This document shows positions 37,094-51,599 of a stretch of 64,000 bases of DNA, piece by piece. A model generated the notes under the pieces. That model searched no databases and had not been told where the DNA came from. It saw only the letters and a program-made list of their open reading frames with translations. How positions within the stretch are numbered: the stretch's first letter is position 1; each line of letters starts with the position of its first letter. This stretch comes from Escherichia coli 042 (GTDB taxonomy: Bacteria > Pseudomonadota > Gammaproteobacteria > Enterobacterales > Enterobacteriaceae), in assembly GCF_000027125.1 (NCBI RefSeq), contig NC_017626.1; one strand, written 5' to 3'. The translations under genes and the position numbers were made by a program.

Positions 37094-38083
37094 ATGAACA
37101 AGTGGGGCGTAGGGTTAACATTTTTGCTGGCGGCAACCAACGTTATGGCAAAGGATATTCAGCTTCTTAACGTTTCATATGATCCAACGCGCGAATTGTA
37201 CGAACAGTACAACACGGCATTCAGCGCCCACTGGAAACAGCAAACTGGCGATAACGTGGTGATCCGTCAGTCCCACGGTGGTTCAGGCAAACAAGCGACG
37301 TCGGTAATCAACGGTATTGAAGCTGATGTTGTCACGCTGGCTCTGGCCTATGACGTGGACGCGATTGCGGAACGCGGGCGGATTGATAAAGAGTGGATCA
37401 AACGTCTGCCGGATAACTCCGCACCGTACACTTCCACCATTGTTTTCCTGGTGCGTAAGGGCAATCCGAAGCAGATCCATGACTGGAACGATCTGATTAA
37501 ACCGGGTGTTTCGGTGATCACGCCTAATCCGAAAAGCTCTGGTGGCGCGCGCTGGAACTACCTGGCAGCCTGGGGCTACGCGCTGCATCACAACAACAAC
37601 GATCAGGCAAAAGCACAGGATTTTGTTCGGGCACTGTATAAAAACGTCGAAGTTCTGGATTCTGGCGCGCGCGGCTCCACTAATACCTTTGTCGAGCGCG
37701 GGATTGGCGATGTACTGATCGCCTGGGAAAACGAAGCTCTGCTGGCAGCGAATGAACTGGGGAAAGATAAATTCGAAATCGTTACGCCGAGTGAGTCTAT
37801 CCTCGCAGAGCCAACCGTGTCGGTGGTCGATAAAGTGGTCGAGAAAAAAGGCACCAAAGAGGTGGCGGAAGCCTACCTGAAATATCTCTACTCGCCAGAA
37901 GGTCAGGAAATTGCCGCGAAAAACTACTACCGTCCGCGCGATGCTGAGGTGGCGAAAAAGTACGAAAATGCGTTTCCAAAGCTGAAGTTATTCACCATTG
38001 ATGAAGAGTTCGGCGGCTGGACGAAAGCGCAAAAAGAGCATTTTGCTAACGGCGGTACGTTCGATCAGATCAGCAAACGCTGA
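37094..38083 (+). CDS. sbp: Periplasmic sulfate-binding protein
   Basis: 329-aa product with signal peptide; recognised as Sbp. Confidence 0.95.
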   Translation: MNKWGVGLTFLLAATNVMAKDIQLLNVSYDPTRELYEQYNTAFSAHWKQQTGDNVVIRQSHGGSGKQATSVINGIEADVVTLALAYDVDAIAERGRIDKEWIKRLPDNSAPYTSTIVFLVRKGNPKQIHDWNDLIKPGVSVITPNPKSSGGARWNYLAAWGYALHHNNNDQAKAQDFVRALYKNVEVLDSGARGSTNTFVERGIGDVLIAWENEALLAANELGKDKFEIVTPSESILAEPTVSVVDKVVEKKGTKEVAEAYLKYLYSPEGQEIAAKNYYRPRDAEVAKKYENAFPKLKLFTIDEEFGGWTKAQKEHFANGGTFDQISKR

Positions 38084-38103
38084 TTTCTCCAGGATAATTA
38101 TCA

Positions 38104-38135
38104 AACCCGGTGGTTTCTCGCGACCGGGTTTTTTA
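38104..38135 (+). terminator. Rho-independent terminator of sbp
   Basis: cccggt ... accggg stem followed by tttttt. Confidence 0.75.
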
Positions 38136-38189
38136 TTTGTCACGATTTTGCGTTACCCTTGCATCTCTTTGAGGTACAGGGAAAAAAAG

Positions 38190-38945
38190 ATGAAAAAAGC
38201 GGGTCTTCTTTTTTTGGTGATGATAGTTATCGCCGTTGTGGCTGCCGGTATGGGTTACTGGAAATTAACCGGTGAAGAATCGGATACATTACGTAAGATT
38301 GTCCTTGAGGAATGTTTGCCCAATCAGCAGCAAAATCAAAATCCTTCGCCATGTGCGGAAGTCAAACCCAATGCCGGATACGTGATTTTAAAAGATCTTA
38401 ATGGCCCACTGCAATATCTGTTGATGCCAACGTATCGTATTAACGGAACTGAAAGTCCTTTGTTGACCGATCCTTCAACGCCGAACTTCTTTTGGTTGGC
38501 CTGGCAGGCGCGTGATTTTATGAGCAAAAAATACGGTCAGTCGGTTCCCGATCGCGCGGTTTCTTTGGCGATCAACTCCCGCACCGGGCGTACGCAAAAC
38601 CATTTTCATATTCATATCTCTTGTATTCGTCCTGATGTGCGCGAACAACTGGATAAAAATCTGGCGAACATCAGCAGCCGCTGGTTGCCACTGCCAGGTG
38701 GTTTGCGCGGGCATGAATACCTGGCGCGTCGGGTAACGGAAAGCGAACTGGTACAACGCAGCCCATTTATGATGCTTGCAGGAGAAGTGCCTGAAGCGCG
38801 GGAACATATGGGAAGCTACGGGCTGGCGATGGTGCGGCAGAGTGATAATTCGTTTGTGTTGCTGGCGACACAACGAAATCTACTGACGCTGAACCGTGCT
38901 TCAGCCGAGGAAATCCAGGATCATCAGTGTGAGATTTTGCGTTAA
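38190..38945 (+). CDS. cdh: CDP-diacylglycerol pyrophosphatase
   Basis: ATG at 38190 gives the 251-aa product [20 protein letters not shown]...; the track ORF extends upstream through the sbp terminator. Confidence 0.9.
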   Translation: MKKAGLLFLVMIVIAVVAAGMGYWKLTGEESDTLRKIVLEECLPNQQQNQNPSPCAEVKPNAGYVILKDLNGPLQYLLMPTYRINGTESPLLTDPSTPNFFWLAWQARDFMSKKYGQSVPDRAVSLAINSRTGRTQNHFHIHISCIRPDVREQLDKNLANISSRWLPLPGGLRGHEYLARRVTESELVQRSPFMMLAGEVPEAREHMGSYGLAMVRQSDNSFVLLATQRNLLTLNRASAEEIQDHQCEILR

Positions 38946-38967
38946 GGCGAGGAGTTAAGGAAAGTAA

Positions 38968-38990
38968 GTGCCGGATATGAAATCCGGCAC
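38968..38990 (-). terminator. Hairpin terminator between convergent cdh and tpiA
   Basis: gtgccggat / atccggcac perfect stem; the U-run is on the tpiA side. Confidence 0.65.
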
Positions 38991-38999
38991 CTGTCAGAC

Positions 39000-39767
39000 T
39001 TAAGCCTGTTTAGCCGCTTCTGCAGCTTTAACGATCACTGCGAAAGCGTCAGCTTTCAGAGAAGCACCGCCAACCAGCGCGCCGTCGATGTCTGGCTGAG
39101 CAAACAGTTCTGCAGCGTTAGACGCGTTTACAGAGCCGCCGTACTGGATGATCACTTGTTCAGCGATGTTAGCGTCAACTTTAGCGATGTGGTCACGGAT
39201 GAATTTGTGAACAGCCTGTGCCTGCGCCGGAGTTGCAGATTTGCCAGTACCGATTGCCCATACTGGTTCGTAAGCGATTACCGCACCTTCGAATGCTGCA
39301 GCACCCTGAGTTTTCAGTACCGCGTCGATCTGACGTGCGCAAACTTCTTCAGTTTTGCCCGCTTCGTTTTCAGCTTCGGTTTCACCGATGCACAGAACCG
39401 GAGTCAGACCCTGCTCTTTCAGCACCGCGAATTTTTTCGCGATCAGTTCGTCAGACTCTTTGTGGTAAGTACGACGTTCAGAGTGGCCGATGATGATGTA
39501 CTGTGCGCCGATGTCTTTCAGCATAGCAGCAGAGGTTTCACCGGTGAATGCGCCGGACAGGTTCAGGTCCACGTTTTGCGCACCCAGCATGATGTGGCTG
39601 CCTTCAGCTTCGCGCTTCGCCATATCGATGTACATTTCCGGTGGTGCGATTGCAACCGCACAGCCAGCAACACCTGCCAGCTCTTTACGCAGGTTAGAAA
39701 CCAGCTCGTGAACCATGTGGCGGCTGCCGTTCAGTTTCCAGTTACCCATCACTAAAGGATGTCGCAT
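39000..39767 (-). CDS. tpiA: Triosephosphate isomerase
   Basis: 255-aa product [15 protein letters not shown]...[14 protein letters not shown]... Confidence 0.97.
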
Positions 39768-39874
39768 TTTAATTCTCCACGCTTATAAGCGAATAAAGGA
39801 AGATGGCCGCCCCGCAGGGCAGCAGGTCTGTGAAACAGTATAGAGATTCATCGGCACAAAGGCTTTGCTTTTTG

Positions 39875-40474
39875 TCATTTATTCAAACCTTCAAGCGATT
39901 CAGATAGCGCCAGCTTAATCGGTTCAACAGCGAAGGTCAGCCCCTTTTCGCCGTTGTCCGCGACTACATAACGCAGTGCACCTTCTGTCTCGGTGTAATA
40001 ACGTTTGTTTTTCCCCGCCGTTAGTAGCGACTGCAGTTTTTTCTGGCTTTGTGTTTTGGTCATTAATGGGGTGAGTGTGCGGATCACCGCTGCCATGTAT
40101 TCCTGAGCTTTCGCTTTCGCGGCTTTTTGCTCTGGCCCCTGGATGGGTAGCCAGGTCATTTGAATGCTTTTGATTTTTAAGGTACCGCGCTCCAGCGCTG
40201 TAGAAGCATACAAGTTCTCATTAATTTTACTGGCAGCACGAGTGAGATTGGCTTTGTCGGGACTGCTGTCGATGGCACGAAATTCGTTCAGTGGCAGGCT
40301 GGGATTCTGGCTGTTAAAGTCTTCTCGAAACTGGCTGATGGAGAGATCGAAAGTAGGGGCTCCAGCCAGCAGATAAGGCGCGGTCGTTGCCGTATCTGGT
40401 GTTTGTGCATGCGCCGTTGTTGTAACGGTTAATGCAGAACATAAGAGAAAAAACAGCGTACACCCTGGCTTCAT
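39875..40474 (-). CDS. yiiQ: Secreted DUF1454-family protein
   Basis: 199-aa product with signal peptide. Confidence 0.85.
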   Translation of the reverse strand: MKPGCTLFFLLCSALTVTTTAHAQTPDTATTAPYLLAGAPTFDLSISQFREDFNSQNPSLPLNEFRAIDSSPDKANLTRAASKINENLYASTALERGTLKIKSIQMTWLPIQGPEQKAAKAKAQEYMAAVIRTLTPLMTKTQSQKKLQSLLTAGKNKRYYTETEGALRYVVADNGEKGLTFAVEPIKLALSESLEGLNK

Positions 40475-40574
40475 TGACAGTACCTTTTGTTATGACTGGC
40501 TCCGATTAAAACGATATCTGTCGCCCTTGTCAAAAGGGTAGAATCCTGGAAAAGACAACCATCAAGGAACTTAC

Positions 40575-41015
40575 ATGACCATACAGCAATGGTTATTCTC
40601 ATTTAAAGGGCGTATTGGACGCCGTGATTTCTGGATTTGGATAGGCCTGTGGTTCGCATGCATGCTGGTGCTTTTCTCACTGGCGGGTAAAAATTTACTC
40701 GATATTCAGACCGCGGCGTTTTGCCTTGTGTGCTTGCTCTGGCCAACAGCGGCAGTAACCGTTAAGCGCTTGCATGATCGCGGGCGTTCCGGCGCATGGG
40801 CATTTCTGATGATTGTGGCGTGGATGCTGCTGGCGGGTAACTGGGCGATTTTACCGGGTGTCTGGCAATGGGCGGTGGGGCGTTTTGTCCCGACGTTGAT
40901 TCTGGTGATGATGCTTATCGATCTTGGTGCGTTTGTTGGCACACAAGGCGAAAATAAATATGGTAAAGATACCGAGGATGTGAAGTATAAAGCCGACAAT
41001 AAATCAAGTAATTAA
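40575..41015 (+). CDS. yiiR: DUF805-family inner membrane protein
   Basis: 146-aa product with hydrophobic segments. Confidence 0.85.
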   Translation: MTIQQWLFSFKGRIGRRDFWIWIGLWFACMLVLFSLAGKNLLDIQTAAFCLVCLLWPTAAVTVKRLHDRGRSGAWAFLMIVAWMLLAGNWAILPGVWQWAVGRFVPTLILVMMLIDLGAFVGTQGENKYGKDTEDVKYKADNKSSN

Positions 41016-41226
41016 CCTTTAATATATCTCTTACTGCTATTTTTTTCCGGGATTGTTATTTCCACGATGCAAATGACAATACCCGGAAAATCCTTCTGAA
41101 CTCTTCACCTTAAGCAATATCAAAAAAAATGGTAATCCATAAGATCATTACTTGTTTGTTCTTCCCTTAACGGCGCATTATTCTTAAGTCGTAATCGACA
41201 GAGAGGCGAATATACAGAGGTGCCCT

Positions 41227-41526
41227 ATGAAAGATGTCGTAGATAAATGCAGTACTAAAGGATGTGCGATTGATATCGGTACGGTGATTGATAACGACAA
41301 CTGTACCAGTAAGTTTTCGCGCTTTTTTGCCACCCGCGAAGAAGCAGAGTCCTTTATGACCAAACTGAAAGAGCTTGCCGCCGCTGCATCCTCTGCAGAT
41401 GAAGGGGCCAGCGTGGCCTATAAGATTAAGGATCTGGAGGGGCAAGTTGAGCTTGATGCGGCCTTCACCTTCTCATGCCAGGCCGAGATGATTATTTTTG
41501 AGTTATCACTGCGTTCGTTAGCTTGA
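41227..41526 (+). CDS. yiiS: DUF406-family protein
   Basis: 99-aa product upstream of uspD. Confidence 0.8.
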   Translation: MKDVVDKCSTKGCAIDIGTVIDNDNCTSKFSRFFATREEAESFMTKLKELAAAASSADEGASVAYKIKDLEGQVELDAAFTFSCQAEMIIFELSLRSLA

Positions 41527-41552
41527 TGGAGTTGCTTTAGAAGGAGTTAAAC

Positions 41553-41981
41553 ATGGCTTATAAACACATTGGCGTGGCAATTTCCGGGAATGAAGAAGAT
41601 GCCTTACTGGTGAATAAAGCCCTGGAGCTCGCCAGACATAATGACGCTCACCTGACGTTAATTCATATTGATGATGGCTTAAGCGAGTTGTATCCGGGTA
41701 TCTACTTCCCTGCAACAGAAGATATTCTTCAATTGTTGAAGAATAAGTCGGATAACAAGCTGTATAAACTGACGAAAAATATTCAATGGCCGAAGACAAA
41801 ACTGCGTATTGAACGCGGAGAAATGCCGGAAACACTGCTGGAAATTATGCAAAAAGAGCAGTGCGACCTCCTTGTCTGTGGTCATCACCACTCATTTATC
41901 AACCGTTTGATGCCGGCATATCGCGGGATGATCAATAAGTTGAGTGCGGATTTGCTCATCGTGCCGTTTATCGATAAGTAA
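41553..41981 (+). CDS. uspD: Universal stress protein D
   Basis: 142-aa UspA-family product. Confidence 0.9.
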   Translation: MAYKHIGVAISGNEEDALLVNKALELARHNDAHLTLIHIDDGLSELYPGIYFPATEDILQLLKNKSDNKLYKLTKNIQWPKTKLRIERGEMPETLLEIMQKEQCDLLVCGHHHSFINRLMPAYRGMINKLSADLLIVPFIDK

Positions 41982-41985
41982 CCGC

Positions 41986-42732
41986 TTACCAGTAATGCTC
42001 CGCTGTCATATGGCCCGGTCGGCGACGTAAATGTTTCGTCATCTGCCGGGTCTCTTTTAGCAACTGTTGTGTATCGCGCACCATCTGTGGATTGCCGCAC
42101 AGCATCACATGGCTGGTTTCTTTATTCATCGGCAGGCCAATCGCGCTTTCCAGTTCACCACTTTCAATTAATGCCGGTATCCGTCCGGTGAGCGACCCCG
42201 CTGCCGTTTCCCGACTGACCACCGTCTGAATGCGCAGTTTGCCTTCGTAGCGTTTTTCCAGTTCTTGCATCAGTGGCAAATAGCTTAAGTCGGCGGCATA
42301 ACGTGCGGCGTGAACCAGGACCAGATTTTTGAAGCGATCTAAATCTTTGCCCAGTTGCAGAATCGATAAATAAGGGCCAATCGCTGTACCGGTTGCCAGC
42401 ATCCATAGCGTTTCGCAATCTGGTACTTCATCCAGAACAAAGAAGCCAGCTGCTTCGCTAACCACCTGCACTTCATCGCCTGGTTTCAGTGCCGCCAATC
42501 GTGGGCTTAATTTGCCATCGGGGACGGTGACCAGGTAAAACTCCAGATCGGGATTATCGGGCGAGTTAACATAGGAGTAGGCGCGCTGGACGCGTTCACC
42601 GTCGATTTCAAGGCCAAGCTTGGTAAATTGCCCGGCGGTAAACGGAAGCACGGGGGCGTGAACGGTGAGACTAAACAGGGCGTCGGTCCAGTTCTGCACT
42701 TTAGTGACTTTGCCTGTTACCCAATCAGCCAT
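41986..42732 (-). CDS. fpr: Ferredoxin/flavodoxin-NADP+ reductase
   Basis: 248-aa product MADWVTGKVTKVQNWTDALF... Confidence 0.95.
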   Translation of the reverse strand: MADWVTGKVTKVQNWTDALFSLTVHAPVLPFTAGQFTKLGLEIDGERVQRAYSYVNSPDNPDLEFYLVTVPDGKLSPRLAALKPGDEVQVVSEAAGFFVLDEVPDCETLWMLATGTAIGPYLSILQLGKDLDRFKNLVLVHAARYAADLSYLPLMQELEKRYEGKLRIQTVVSRETAAGSLTGRIPALIESGELESAIGLPMNKETSHVMLCGNPQMVRDTQQLLKETRQMTKHLRRRPGHMTAEHYW

Positions 42733-42828
42733 GTTTTTCTCCTGTTTTGATTGACTTGCCTTATCTTCGTTCTCCGAACAAAAAAATTCCAGTCCCGAAG
42801 GACTGGAAGGCTCAATCGATCAAATCAC

Positions 42829-43839
42829 TCAGAGAATGTGCACCTGCATTTCCGGGTCTTTGCGATCCAGATAGTGGATGGACTGAATGCGGCGAATAGT
42901 GCGTGACTTGCCGCGGATCAGCAGCGTTTCGGTAGTCGCGATATTGCCTTTGCGGCTAATACCTTCCAGCAGATCGCCTTTGGTAATACCGGTGGCAGAG
43001 AAGATGACGTTATCGCTGCGTGCCATATCGCCCAGACGCAATACTTTACCGGCTTCGATGCCCATCGCTTTGCAGCGTGCCAGCTCCTGCTCGCCAATGC
43101 GACGATTCTCTTCGTTGTCGCCTTTGACGTCATGACGCGCCAGCAGACGACCGTTCATGTCACCATCTAATGCGCGGATCACCGCTGCAGAAACCACGCC
43201 TTCCGGCGCGCCACCAATACCGTACAGCACGTCAACTTCGCTGTCTGGCATACAGGTGAGAATTGAGGCCGCAACGTCGCCGTCCGGAATAGCAAATACG
43301 CGTACGCCGAGTTGTTGCATTTCAGCGATAACGGCATCGTGGCGTGGTTTAGCCAGAATCGTTACCGTCAGTTCGCTTAACGGTTTGCCGAGCGCCGCCG
43401 CTACATTGCGCAGGTTATCCGCCAGCGGCAGGTTCAGATCAATGGTGCCTTTGGCTCCCGGTCCGACGATCAGCTTCTCCATATACATATCTGGCGCGTT
43501 GAGGAAACAGCCTTTATCGCCTACTGCCAGCACCGCCAGCGCGTTAGCCTGGCCCATCGCCGTCATGCGCGTGCCTTCAATCGGATCAACAGCAATATCT
43601 ACCGCGTCGCCGCGACCAGTACCGACTTTTTCACCAATGTAGAGCATCGGAGCTTCGTCGATTTCACCTTCACCAATAACGATGGTGCCGTCAATGTTGA
43701 CCTGGTTGAGCATAATACGCATGGCGTTTACCGCTGCGCCGTCCGCGGTGTTTTTATCGCCGCGTCCTAACCATTTGTAGCCAGCCAGCGCCGCAGATTC
43801 GGTGACGCGGGAAAATTCGATGGCAAGTTCTCGTCTCAT
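42829..43839 (-). CDS. glpX: Class II fructose-1,6-bisphosphatase
   Basis: Internal ATG gives the 336-aa product MRRELAIEFSRVTESAALA... Confidence 0.95.
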   Translation of the reverse strand: MRRELAIEFSRVTESAALAGYKWLGRGDKNTADGAAVNAMRIMLNQVNIDGTIVIGEGEIDEAPMLYIGEKVGTGRGDAVDIAVDPIEGTRMTAMGQANALAVLAVGDKGCFLNAPDMYMEKLIVGPGAKGTIDLNLPLADNLRNVAAALGKPLSELTVTILAKPRHDAVIAEMQQLGVRVFAIPDGDVAASILTCMPDSEVDVLYGIGGAPEGVVSAAVIRALDGDMNGRLLARHDVKGDNEENRRIGEQELARCKAMGIEAGKVLRLGDMARSDNVIFSATGITKGDLLEGISRKGNIATTETLLIRGKSRTIRRIQSIHYLDRKDPEMQVHIL

Positions 43840-43973
43840 AGCAAACTCTAAGCAGTAAGGAATGGCGCGAAGTGTAGCACAGGGGAAGGGCGGGATTATT
43901 GATGTGTGCGGGGTTGCCCCCGCACGATTCAGGACTACCGGATGCGGCATAAACGCTTCATCCGGTATTTACA

Positions 43974-47020
<3,047 letters not shown>

Positions 47021-47063
47021 TTACGCTTCATCTTCCGCGTAATTTCTTTACTGTGTAGGCCAA

Positions 47064-47092
47064 CAGGTAACGCAGAAAAAAGGCACTTTGCG
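47064..47092. terminator. Bidirectional hairpin terminator between zapB and rraA
   Basis: aaaaaaggcac tttgcg gtgcctttt: stem flanked by an A-run and a T-run. Confidence 0.65.
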
Positions 47093-47104
47093 GTGCCTTT
47101 TCTA

Positions 47105-47590
47105 TCATTCAATATCCAGCGGATCTTCTGAAAGAATAATCCCGGTATTGTCGGCATAAAGATGGTCGCCGGAGAAGAAGGTGACACCGCCAAAATTGAC
47201 GCGGACATCGCTTTCGCCAATGCCTTCGCCAGCGGCACCAACCGGAATTGCGGCCATTGCCTGGATGCCGATATCCAGCTCTTCCAGGTCATCTACCTGA
47301 CGCACCGCGCCGTAAATGACCAGACCTTCCCATTCATTTTGTACTGCCAGACGCGCCAGTTCAGCATCGACCAGTGCGCGACGAACAGAACCACCACCAT
47401 CGACGACAAGAACACGACCACGGCCATTCTGTTCGAGCAGATCGTACAGCAACCCGTTGTCCTCGAAACATTTTACCGTGATTATTTGTCCGCCAAACGA
47501 CGCCCGTCCGCCAAAGTTGGAGAACAGCGGTTCCACGACGTTAACATCTTCTTGATAGATGTCACAAAGCTCGGAAGTATCGTATTTCAT
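47105..47590 (-). CDS. rraA: RNase E inhibitor RraA
   Basis: 161-aa product [19 protein letters not shown]... Confidence 0.95.
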
Positions 47591-47682
47591 AGGCTTAACA
47601 TTCAGTTGCTGCGAGAATTTTCAGTATATCGCGCTATGTGGGCTGTTGGCAAAATCATCAATTGTTAATTGATATTTGTCAG

Positions 47683-48609
47683 TTATGCTGCCCACTGGCT
47701 TAGGAATATCCCTAAAACAAACAGCAGGTTAGTCAGTAACGCTCCCTTGACAGTGCGTTCCAGCATCGGTCGCATCGCCACCGGGTCCATTTCCCGCATC
47801 ACATAACGGGCTTGCTTCACCAGTAATGGTGCCGCCAGCAGGAACAGCCAGCCCCACAGGCTATGCAGCGAAAAGAGATTAAACAGCGCCAGGCACACCA
47901 GAGAGCCCATCAGCAGGCAGGCATGATAACGACGCGCGTTCACTTCACCTAAGCGCACCACCAGCGTGTTTTTGCCATTTTCGCGGTCGCTATTGATATC
48001 ACGCAGGTTATTAATGTTCAGTACTGCTGTTGCCAGCAGGCCGCATGCGGTCGCCGGAAGGATCAGCGCCGGAATCAATGTATGAGCCTGTAAATACCAG
48101 CTGCCCATGACGCTTAACCAGCCAAAGAAAACCAGTACGGAAATATCACCCAGACCGATATAACCATAAGGACGATTGCCCACGGTGTAGGTGATAGCGG
48201 CAATGATCGACAACCCGCCAAGAATCAGGAAGCCGACAAAATCGGCCAGCGTATGGCACGCCACTGCAACCAGTGCCAGCCCGGAGAGACAGATGAGCAC
48301 GACGGTAATAATGAGCGCCCGTTTCATCTCTTGCTGGGTAATGACCCCTTTTTGCATGCCGCGTAGCGGTCCGATACGGTCAGGTTTATCGCTGCCTTTT
48401 ACCGCATCGCCGTAATCATTGGCGAGGTTAGAAAGGATCTGTAATAGCCCGGCGGTAATCAGTGCCAGCAGGGCGACCAGCGGATCGAAGTGACCTTGCC
48501 ACCATGCCAGCGCCGTCCCGACGATAATTGCAGCAAAGGCGAGGGGGAGGGTTTTAGGTCGTAAACTTTCCAGCCACGCCTGAGTTCGGCTAATTTGTTG
48601 TTCAGTCAT
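47683..48609 (-). CDS. menA: 1,4-dihydroxy-2-naphthoate octaprenyltransferase
   Basis: 308-aa UbiA-family membrane protein MTEQQISRTQAWLESLRPK... Confidence 0.95.
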   Translation of the reverse strand: MTEQQISRTQAWLESLRPKTLPLAFAAIIVGTALAWWQGHFDPLVALLALITAGLLQILSNLANDYGDAVKGSDKPDRIGPLRGMQKGVITQQEMKRALIITVVLICLSGLALVAVACHTLADFVGFLILGGLSIIAAITYTVGNRPYGYIGLGDISVLVFFGWLSVMGSWYLQAHTLIPALILPATACGLLATAVLNINNLRDINSDRENGKNTLVVRLGEVNARRYHACLLMGSLVCLALFNLFSLHSLWGWLFLLAAPLLVKQARYVMREMDPVAMRPMLERTVKGALLTNLLFVLGIFLSQWAA

Positions 48610-48675
48610 AATACGCGCCAATAAAAATGGGGCCTTTCAGCCCCATCAAACAATGATGAAAATGATTGAACGCGA

Positions 48676-50007
48676 TTATAGGATAAAACGGCTCAGATCT
48701 TCATCTGCCACCAACGCATCCAGATGTTTGCTCACATAATCTGCGTCAATAGTGATGGTTTGACCGCTTAAATCGCTGGCGTCGTAGGAAATCTCTTCCA
48801 TTAAACGCTCCAGAACGGTATGTAAACGACGAGCACCGATGTTTTCGGTAGATTCGTTCACCTGCCATGCCGCTTCCGCGATGCGCTTAATACCGGAGTC
48901 GGTAAACTCGATATTTACGCCTTCAGTCGCCATCAGTGCTTTGTACTGCACGGTGATAGAGGCATTCGGCTCGGTCAGAATACGCTCGAAGTCGCTGGTG
49001 GTCAGTGCCTGCAGCTCAACGCGGATTGGCAGACGACCTTGCAGTTCCGGGATCAGGTCAGACGGTTTCGCAATCTGGAACGCGCCAGAAGCGATAAACA
49101 GAATGTGGTCAGTTTTGACCATCCCGTGTTTGGTGGAAACGGTGCAACCTTCTACCAGCGGCAGCAGGTCACGCTGAACACCTTCACGAGAAACATCCGG
49201 ACCGGAAGACTCGCCGCGCTTACAGATTTTGTCGATTTCGTCGATAAACACGATCCCGTGCTGCTCAACAGCGTCGATAGCGTCTTGCTTCAGCTCTTCC
49301 GGATTCACCAGTTTCGCCGCTTCTTCTTCAATCAGCAGCTTCATGGCGTCTTTGATTTTCAGCTTACGTGCTTTTTGCTTCTGGCCGCCCAGGTTCTGGA
49401 ACATGGACTGCAGCTGGCTGGTCATCTCTTCCATTCCCGGAGGAGCCATAATTTCAACGCCCATCGGTGCTGCGGCAAGATCGATCTCGATTTCTTTGTC
49501 ATCAAGCTGGCCTTCACGCAGTTTCTTGCGGAATGCCTGACGAGCAGCGGACGGTTCCTGCTGCTGTTCGGTCTGTCCCCAGTTGTTTTTAGCAGGTGGG
49601 ATCAGCACGTCGAGAATACGTTCTTCTGCCAGTTCTTCAGCGCGATAACGGTTTTTCTCGATAGCCTGTACGCGTACCATTTTCACGGCGGCATCGGTCA
49701 GATCGCGAATAATAGAATCCACTTCCTTACCGACATAGCCCACTTCGGTGAATTTGGTCGCTTCAACTTTGATGAACGGCGCATTCGCCAGCTTAGCCAG
49801 ACGACGGGCGATTTCAGTTTTACCGACACCGGTCGGGCCGATCATCAGGATATTTTTCGGGGTCACTTCATGGCGCAGCTCTTCGTTGAGCTGCATGCGA
49901 CGCCAGCGGTTACGCAGAGCAATCGCCACAGAACGCTTGGCGTTGTCCTGGCCGATGATGTGCTTATCCAGTTCGCTGACGATTTCGCGTGGGGTCATTT
50001 CAGACAT
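48676..50007 (-). CDS. hslU: ATP-dependent protease ATPase subunit HslU
   Basis: 443-aa AAA+ product with Walker A GPTGVGKT. Confidence 0.97.
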
Positions 50008-50016
50008 GGGAGATCC

Positions 50017-50547
50017 TTACGCTTTGTAGCTTAATTCTTCGATGGTGTGGAAATGGTTGGTATAGATGCAAATGTCGCCTGCAATATCCAACGCCTTTTC
50101 AGCAATTTCACGGGCGCTAAGTTCAGTGTTTTCTAACAGCGCGCGCGCCGCAGCCTGGGCGTAAGGGCCGCCGGAGCCGATAGCAATAAGATCGTTTTCT
50201 GGCTGCACCACGTCACCGTTACCGGTGATGATAAGCGATGCAGTTTCATCCGCGACTGCCAGCAGTGCTTCAAGTTTGCGCAGCATGCGATCGGTACGCC
50301 AGTCTTTTGCCAGCTCAACGGCGGCTTTGACCAGATGGCCCTGATGCATTTCCAGTTTGCGTTCAAACAGTTCGAACAGCGTAAAAGCATCCGCAGTACC
50401 GCCCGCAAAGCCCGCGATGACTTTGTCGTTGTACAGACGGCGGACCTTTTTCACGTTGCCTTTCATTACGGTATTGCCCAACGTGGCCTGACCATCACCA
50501 GCGATGACCACATGGCCGTTACGGCGTACGCTTACTATAGTTGTCAC
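50017..50547 (-). CDS. hslV: ATP-dependent protease peptidase subunit HslV
   Basis: 176-aa product [20 protein letters not shown]... Confidence 0.97.
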
Positions 50548-50615
50548 GAGCTGACCCCTTGGTTACGAATACAGAGTACAAACCCCGTACAAAAGTACGG
50601 GGCATAATGCAATTA

Positions 50616-50644
50616 TAGATGGGGGGGATTTTGAGGGTTTCAAC
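50616..50644 (-). promoter_or_regulatory. Sigma-32 heat-shock promoter of hslVU
   Basis: Reverse strand reads gTTGAAAccctcaaaatccCCCCCATCTA, matching the sigma-32 -35 CTTGAAA and -10 CCCCATNT consensus with about 13-nt spacing; a perfect stem-loop ccccgtac-aaaa-gtacgggg follows in the leader (50583-50602). Confidence 0.7.
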
Positions 50645-51599
50645 CCCCGGCGGCGAGCCGAATGCAGTTTGTATGACCCGCCATCTTCAAGCGATTGAGG
50701 GTGCTGTCTGCGTTCTCTTTGCCTTTCACCGGGCCAATGACCACACGATTCCAGCCATTGTTGGTGGTGATCTTCGAGTCAAAGCCTTCAAACGCCAGCT
50801 GAGCACGTACCGTCTCTGCCTGTTCCGCGCCTCTGAACGAACCGCACTGCACCATCCAGCGGCGTTCGTCTTTTTTCTCCGCCGTCGGTTTTGGCGCGTC
50901 AGCGGCACGAGCAACTGGCGCAGCTTGCTGCGGCTTCGACTGCGCAGTCGTGTGCGCAGGAGTTTGCAGCAGATCCTGGTACGGCTGCTGAGAAGAAGCC
51001 GGTTTAGACTGGCGCGGTTGCGCCTGTACCGGTGCGGCTTGCGACGTACGCGTCTGCTGCTGCCAGCTTTGTTCAGTCGTACGCGACTGCTGAGCCAGGC
51101 GTTGCTGCTCCGCTAATTGCTGCGCCTGACGCTGGCGCTGTAGCGTTTGCTGACGCTGTTCCGGCGTCTGTTCATTCCACGGAACTTCAACCAACTGCGT
51201 TGGCTGCTGGCGCATATCAGCCTGCATTTGCTCAAGGAGCTGGCGTTGTTCTGGTGTTAGTTGCTCCGGCGTTTTCACTTCACCACCGGCAGAAGGTTCT
51301 GTAGGCGCACGCACACCTGGCTGGCGACTTTCCAGCTCTTTGATGTAGCGCCAGCGTTCTTCTGGTTTTGGTGGTAGTCCGTTTCCGGTCACTTTCTGGC
51401 TTTGCAGCGTCTCGGACTCTTCTTTCTTGTGATGCGTAATGAAGTACAGACCACCGATAAAGGTCACAAGAACGGCGGCAGCAATAGCGACCATAGCGGG
51501 AGAAACCGCAGGCAGATTTCGTTGCTTTTTCCGTGAGGTGCTCTTTTTTCGCCGCGAAGGTGCCGGTTGGCTGCGGCGTACATAATCTCGTTGTGCCAC
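50640..51599 (-). CDS. ftsN: Cell division protein FtsN
   Basis: 319-aa product with Gln-rich periplasmic linker and C-terminal SPOR domain. Confidence 0.95.
   Translation of the reverse strand: MAQRDYVRRSQPAPSRRKKSTSRKKQRNLPAVSPAMVAIAAAVLVTFIGGLYFITHHKKEESETLQSQKVTGNGLPPKPEERWRYIKELESRQPGVRAPTEPSAGGEVKTPEQLTPEQRQLLEQMQADMRQQPTQLVEVPWNEQTPEQRQQTLQRQRQAQQLAEQQRLAQQSRTTEQSWQQQTRTSQAAPVQAQPRQSKPASSQQPYQDLLQTPAHTTAQSKPQQAAPVARAADAPKPTAEKKDERRWMVQCGSFRGAEQAETVRAQLAFEGFDSKITTNNGWNRVVIGPVKGKENADSTLNRLKMAGHTNCIRLAAGG

Noticed and set aside
39156-39755. 199-aa plus-strand ORF
   Set aside because: Antisense to tpiA.
49039-50034. 331-aa plus-strand ORF
   Set aside because: Antisense to hslU.
50619-51116. 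165-aa plus-strand ORF, Arg/Leu-rich
   Set aside because: Antisense to ftsN; low-complexity artefact of the Gln-rich linker region.
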